From the human T2T-CHM13v2.0 reference genome, Homo sapiens: a stretch of 64,000 nucleotides of DNA. Positions within the stretch are counted from its first letter, which is position 1; each line of letters opens with the position of its first letter. The position numbers and the translations under genes were made by a program. The stretch lies in the NCBI RefSeq assembly GCF_009914755.1, contig NC_060932.1. One strand, 5' to 3'. A model generated the notes under the pieces. It ran no database searches. It had not been told where the DNA came from and was given only the letters and a program-made list of their open reading frames with translations. Below, piece after piece: positions 54,202 through 64,000 of this stretch.

Positions 54202-54504
54202 CAGGGGTCCCCAAGCACAGACTGGTACCAGTTTGTGGCCTGTTAGGAACCGGGCCGCACAGCAGGAGGTGAGCTACGAGTGATCCAGCATTACTGCCTG
54301 AGCTCTGCCTCTCATTAGATCAGCAGCAGCATTAGATTCTCACCCCTATTGTGAACTGCACATGTGCAGGAGAGAATCTAGCTAATGCCTGATGATCTGA
54401 AGTGGAACAGTTTCATCCTGAAACTATCCCCCTAGTCCCTGTCCATGGAAACGTTGTCTTCCACAAAACCGGTCCCTTGGTGCCAAAAAGGCTGGGTACC
54501 ACTG
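54202..54504 (+). mobile_element. MER1(B-like) hAT-Charlie MITE
   Basis: caggggtccccaa start, gtgccaaaaaggctgggtaccactg end, 8-bp TSD ctata(c/t)gg. Confidence 0.9.
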
Positions 54505-55062
54505 CTATATGGGATATTAAGCTACTATAATATGTGAAGTTATACCACTTGCCAAGAATACTGGCTTTATTTTGATATTCAGCTTCCCGATTCTTTTGGA
54601 TTCTCAGCCACTATTTTGTAGTCTTTTATTCTTTTTCTATCTTGTTTCTGCAATATATAGCAGCAACAGTATAATGAGTTTCATCTAGAATTCTATTTGT
54701 TCAGAGTATCTCTTCACTGTTATTTCCCTATTTCCAGAGTATATTGGCAGGCAAGTGATATTCATGGACATGTCTTATGCCAGCAGGGTGCCACACTGCT
54801 CTGTTCACTTGCCACATTGAACCATAATTACTTTTTCCTCTATATTTCCACCTGGATTATGATCTGAAAGTTGTCAGACTGAGGATAGTGCTAAGGAAAG
54901 GTATTCAAACCTGGGATACAAAGCAAAAAGGTGAGTGGCACATCCTTTCCTTGTCATGTGGGAAAGAAGGCTTAAGGCAGAATTGTAAGCTGCCTGGCTG
55001 AGTGTTGAAAGCACGCCCCCAACATGCAATCACAGTCCCTTGACAAAGACTATGAGTATTTA

Positions 55063-55461
<399 letters not shown>

Positions 55462-55613
55462 TTATGGATTTAGTTCAGAAAAGTCACTAAACAAACAACT
55501 GCAATAAGCAGTAACAACCGCAAACACTGGGGAGTGCCAGAAGGAGAGAAAAGAAAAGACAGAGAGAATATTTGAAGAAATAACAGCTGGAAACTTACCA
55601 AATTTGGTAAGCT

Positions 55614-55692
55614 CATTAATATCCACATCCAATAAGCTCAACAAATTCCAAGGCATTAATATATACATCCAATAAGCTCAACAAATTCCAAG
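55614..55692. repeat. 40-bp tandem duplication in L1M
   Basis: cattaatat(cc/at)acatccaataagctcaacaaattccaag twice. Confidence 0.9.
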
Positions 55693-56018
55693 TCATATAA
55701 ACTCAAACACATACATGCCTAAACACGTCATAACCAAACTGTCAAATGTCAAAATAAAGGCAGAATCTTGAAAACAGCAAGAAATGACTTATCACATACA
55801 ATGAACGTCAATGAGATCAACACCTGATTTCTCATGTGGAACCTTGGAGGCCAGAAGGCAGTGGGATGATGTACTCAAAACCCTGAAAGAAAAAAAAAAC
55901 TGTTAACCAAAAATTCTATACCTGGTAAAACTATTCTTCAAAAATGAAGATGAAATTATCAATACATCTGCTGATAGTTCAATTCACATTTAACACTCTG
56001 TAAAACTTTAGGGAAAAC

Positions 56019-56331
<313 letters not shown>

Positions 56332-56871
56332 TAAAACATAAAAATGTTCCAAAATAAGCTGACTATACTTGCTGAATTTTGATATTAAACAAAATATTTT
56401 GCCATCTTGGTAACCTAACATAGATGTTTCCATCAAATATTATGTGATGCACATCAAAGTTACTTCAAGTCATAGAGGAAGAAATTTAAAAGTTTACCCA
56501 CCAATGACTTCCATAAAAGCTCCAAGTAGAGAAAAGATTTATGACAATGTGCTAATCTGGTCCAAGCATTTTTGCCTACAATCAGAACCAGAATTTTTGT
56601 TTTGTCCATTATGTTTCAGCACTATAATTTCACTAGTGATTCATTTGTATATTTATCTACTGACACAATTCTAGAAATTCTTTGTGAAATACATATACAT
56701 TCTGTTAAAATTTTTATGTTTCCTGTAAAACACACAGAAGTGCATGCACACACATTGTTGTTTTTTATCAGTTTTACCTAACTGAAAAGCAAGTGAGTTG
56801 ACAGTAACTTGATTTAATCATAATGTAGCTGATGTGCTTTTTAAAAAATGCTTCAGCATCTATTGATTTAG

Positions 56872-57529
<658 letters not shown>

Positions 57530-57904
57530 CAGAATAGTAAATTTAAATGCAAAAGCTTAACTAAATTTTAACAACCGTTACCATTTATTTAGAATCTTTG
57601 AGCTAAATCTGTGGGACTCATTATTTCTAATTCTCCCATCAACGCAGCAGATGGGTATCATTATTATTCTCAAGTTACAGATGAAGAATACAAAGATTAA
57701 GTATGTTGCTGAAGCTCATGCTTAGTAAATTGTAGGGCTAAGGTCTGAAGATTGATCCCCATGTGAAGAAGAGTCATTCTCACCACACTGCGAAAACTTA
57801 AGGTTCTCACCCTGAAATTTGCTGCCTACATTTTTCAATCCCTTGAAACTGCTTTCAATAAAGCCCCCTGTGGCCTCCTTGTCACTAAGTTTAAGATGAA
57901 CAAT

Positions 57905-58107
57905 TTTTTTTTCTTTAACTTTTAAGTTCAGGGGTACAAGTGCAGGTTTGCCACATAGGTAAGCTTGTATCATGGGGGTTTGTTGTACAGACGATTTCAT
58001 CAATCAGGTATTAACTTTAGTACCCATTAGTTGTTTTTCCTCATCTTCCCCCTCCTTCCACCCTTCACTCTCTGAAACGCCCCAGTATGTATTGTTCCCC
58101 TCTATGT
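57905..58107 (-). mobile_element. Older L1PA (PA13-16-like) 3' end
   Basis: ttttaagttcaggggtacaagtgcaggtttg...gggggtttgttgtacaga. Confidence 0.8.
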
Positions 58108-58626
58108 GAGAGCTAAATGATGAACATTTTTCATCCTTATCTTCGTTGACCCTTCCACATCTGAAATTGTGACCTCCTCCCTCTCTGTGAAACAGAACCT
58201 TCTCTTGCCTTCCTCACCACCACCCTTCTGGTTTGCTTCCTACCTTCCTGGCTACTCCCTCTTACAATCCCTTGCCTATTATACCTCCTCCACCTCACTC
58301 ATAAAGTTTGGAGCCCTTCAGAGCTCTGTTCTAAGTGGCTTTGCCTTTTCTTTTCTCATCATTCAATAATGCAACAAAATTTAGTGAACCTCTGTTATTC
58401 ACAAGCACTTACGAGGCTTGGGTACCCTGCAGTGAGCAAGAGAGGTGAACATTGAGTAGATAATGACATGAGGAAGAGCCAAGACGGGAGGTTGGAGAAT
58501 CCATGAGGAAAAAGTCATGCAGTGCCTCACGGGCTGCAGTAAGGATCTGCATATTCCTTGAGGATAGCATAGTCATTGAGGGACGTTAAACAGAGGAGTG
58601 ATGTGATCTCATTTGTGTTTGTATAA

Positions 58627-58998
<372 letters not shown>

Positions 58999-59104
58999 TG
59001 AAGGATGGTAGTCACTGAATATTTCACATGCTAGTCTTGTGGTACAAAAATATAAATATATACTCCAAGGTCATGAACTAAATGAAAATACTAATAGGCA
59101 GGGG

Positions 59105-59240
59105 TTAGGGACTGATTTGTGTCTCCTCCCGCATCTTGTATGTTGAAGACCTAACCCCAATGTGACTGCTTGGAAATGGGACTTTTAAGGAGGTAACTAA
59201 GGTTAAATGAGGTCATAAGGGTGGTCTGTAATCCAATGTG
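59105..59240 (+). mobile_element. MLT1A/MST LTR 5' fragment
   Basis: tatgttgaagacctaaccccaatgtg...aaggttaaatgaggtcataagggtgg. Confidence 0.7.
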
Positions 59241-59317
59241 TCTAATATCAGGACCTGATTAGATTGAACTTTCATAGTCTCCATTCTGATAATTTCCTCA
59301 TTAATTTTATAACCAGA

Positions 59318-59613
<296 letters not shown>

Positions 59614-59706
59614 ATTTGTAACCAGTAAACAATTTTTGATTACAGTTTATTAAAACCAATAAAATTTTTGCTGCCCTGATCCTTTGATTAGAATTTAAAG
59701 GGGGTT

Positions 59707-60028
<322 letters not shown>

Positions 60029-60778
60029 TTACATTAGCCTGAGTGTTATCTAGGCAATTTCTCTTCTAGAAAATATAGATGAAACCCACCACCAAATAAA
60101 ATTGAAATTAAAAGAAAAAAACCCACAAATTTAAAAACACAGCTGAACTGTTCAGTGCTTCTGCCCCAGAAGAGAAAATGAAGATGGCCTTTCATCACTC
60201 AGGCAATCCCGCAATGGTTTCAGGGAAGAGCTCTACCTAGGGCACTGTTCAAAAGCACTTTGATAGTACTTTTTGATTCAGATTTTAAATTTTAAAAATC
60301 ACCTAAAATTTTTCAATGGGATCATAAATACCACCTTCCTCCACAATCTCAAGGCAGTGTTTTTATTCTCTCTCCACTGTTTTTCTTTTAAATCTTTCCA
60401 TTTCCTACCCATTTTTTGTTTGGCCATTTTCAGTACTTCAGAGCTGTGAGATTCAATGCTGCTCTCTGAGATGTCATTATTTATGTTATTCTTACCTGGT
60501 TGACTTGTTGTATCTCCTTTTTACTAGTGAATTGTTAAGGATTAAAGAGACCAAGAGGAAAGAGGCCAAGAAGACTATCAAAATACAATAACGGTATTTG
60601 TTTTCACATGTAATAGTAACGTCCAGGTTTCTGTTTTATCCAGAGGATCCTTTCATTATCGGCTATTGAGACATGTGGAGAACATCTCCTCTTAAGAAAT
60701 ATTTTTAAACTATTAAATGACAAATTACCATATACCATTTCTGGGTATATATTCAAAATGATTGAAAGCAGGATTTTG

Positions 60779-61080
<302 letters not shown>

Positions 61081-61260
61081 GAAAGCTGGATTTTGAAGAG
61101 ATGTTCACACCCACATTCAGACCCCAACAAATTCCAACAGACCTGCAGCTGAGGGTCCTGACTGTTAGAAGGAAAACCAACAAACAGAAAGGACATCCAC
61201 ACCAAAGCCCCATCTGCACGTCACCATCATCAAAGACCAAAGGTAGATAAAACCACAAAG

Positions 61261-62297
61261 ATGGGGAGAAACCAGAGCATAAAAGCTGAAAATTCTAAAA
61301 ATCAGAGCACCTCTTCTCCCCCAAAGGAACGCAGCTCCTTGCCAGCAATGGAACAAAGCTGGATGGAGAATGACTTTAATGAGTTGAGAGAAGGCGGCTT
61401 CAGACGATCGGTAATAACAATCTTCTCTGAGCTAAAGGAGGATATTCGAACACATCGCAAAGAAGCTATAAACCTTGAAAAAAGATTAGACGAATGTCTA
61501 ACTAGAATAAATACTGTACAGAAGACCTTAAATGACCTCATGAAGCTGAAAACCATGGCACAAGAACTACGTGATGCATGCACAAGCCTCAGTAGCCGAT
61601 TCGATCAAGTGGAAGAAAGGGTATCAGTGATTGAAGATCAAATGAATGAAATGAAGTGAGAAGAGAAGTTAGAGAAAAAAGAGTAAAAAGAAACAAACAA
61701 AGCCTCCAAGAAATATGGGACTACGTGAAAAGACCAAATCTACGTCTGATTGGTGTACCCGAAAGTGATGGGGAGAATGGAACCAAGTTGGAAAACACTC
61801 TGAAGGATATTATCCAGGAGAACTTCCCCAATCTAGCAAGGCAGGCCAACATTCAAATTCAGGAAATACGGAGAATGCCACAAAGATACTCCACGAGAAG
61901 AGCAATTCCAAGACACATAATTGTCAGATTCACTGAAGCTGAAATAAAGGAAAAAATGTTAAGGGTAGCCAGAGAGAAAGGTCGGGTTACCCACAAAGGG
62001 AAGCCTATCAGACTAACAGCGGATCTCTTGGCAGAAACTCTACAAGCCAGAAGAGAGTGGGGGCCAATATTCAACATTCTTAAAGAAAAGAATTTTCAAC
62101 CCAGAATTTCATATCCAGCCAAACTAAGCTTCATAAGTGAAGGAGAAATAAAATCCTTTACAGACAAGCAAATGCTGAGAGATTTTGTCCCCACCAGGCC
62201 TGCCCTAAAAGAGCTCCTGAAGGAAGCACTAAACATGGAAAGGAATAACCGGTACCAGCCACACTGCAAAAACATGCCAAATTGTAAAGATCATTGA
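61261..62297 (+). pseudogene. LINE-1 ORF1p, disrupted
   Basis: MGRNQS...QMNEMK then TGA at 61657-61659; continues EIWDYVKRPNLRLIGVPE, FQPRISYPAKLSF in shifted frame. Confidence 0.92.
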
Positions 62298-62350
62298 TGC
62301 TAGGAAGAAACTGCATCAACTAACGAGCAAAATAACCAGCTAACATCATA

Positions 62351-64000
<1,650 letters not shown>

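Overview
Primate (most consistent with human/hominoid) euchromatic non-coding DNA that is very rich in Alus (about 60 Alu copies or fragments). I found no supportable host protein-coding exon, RNA gene or CRISPR array; nearly all ORFs in the track are Alu, L1 or tandem-repeat translations. Larger elements: a 5'-truncated, inactivated L1PA5/6-like LINE-1 (about 61120 to the window end), solo LTRs (LTR12F-like, MER11, MER51-like, a MER4-group ERV1 LTR, MLT1/MLT2, MER21), a near full-length fossil hAT (Cheshire/MER58-type) transposase broken by five Alus, MER1, and old L1M/L2/MIR pieces. I cannot claim a new biological system. The structure the repeat annotation does not explain is (i) a set of locally templated insertions whose donors lie inside the window (4691-4777 from 6497-6540 plus inverted 6753-6785; 30994-31374 as an inverted copy of 38263-38645; a 61-bp-arm palindrome at 50645-50785; two micro-insertions at 57190-57276), (ii) a 1734-bp two-monomer minisatellite (40 A + 52 B monomers) with strict AB/ABB ordering and polarity, and (iii) a perfect 135-bp Alu-mediated tandem duplication and two AluYb-type elements, one apparently mosaic. 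Repeat subfamily names are from recalled consensus motifs, not database searches, and repeat boundaries are approximate.
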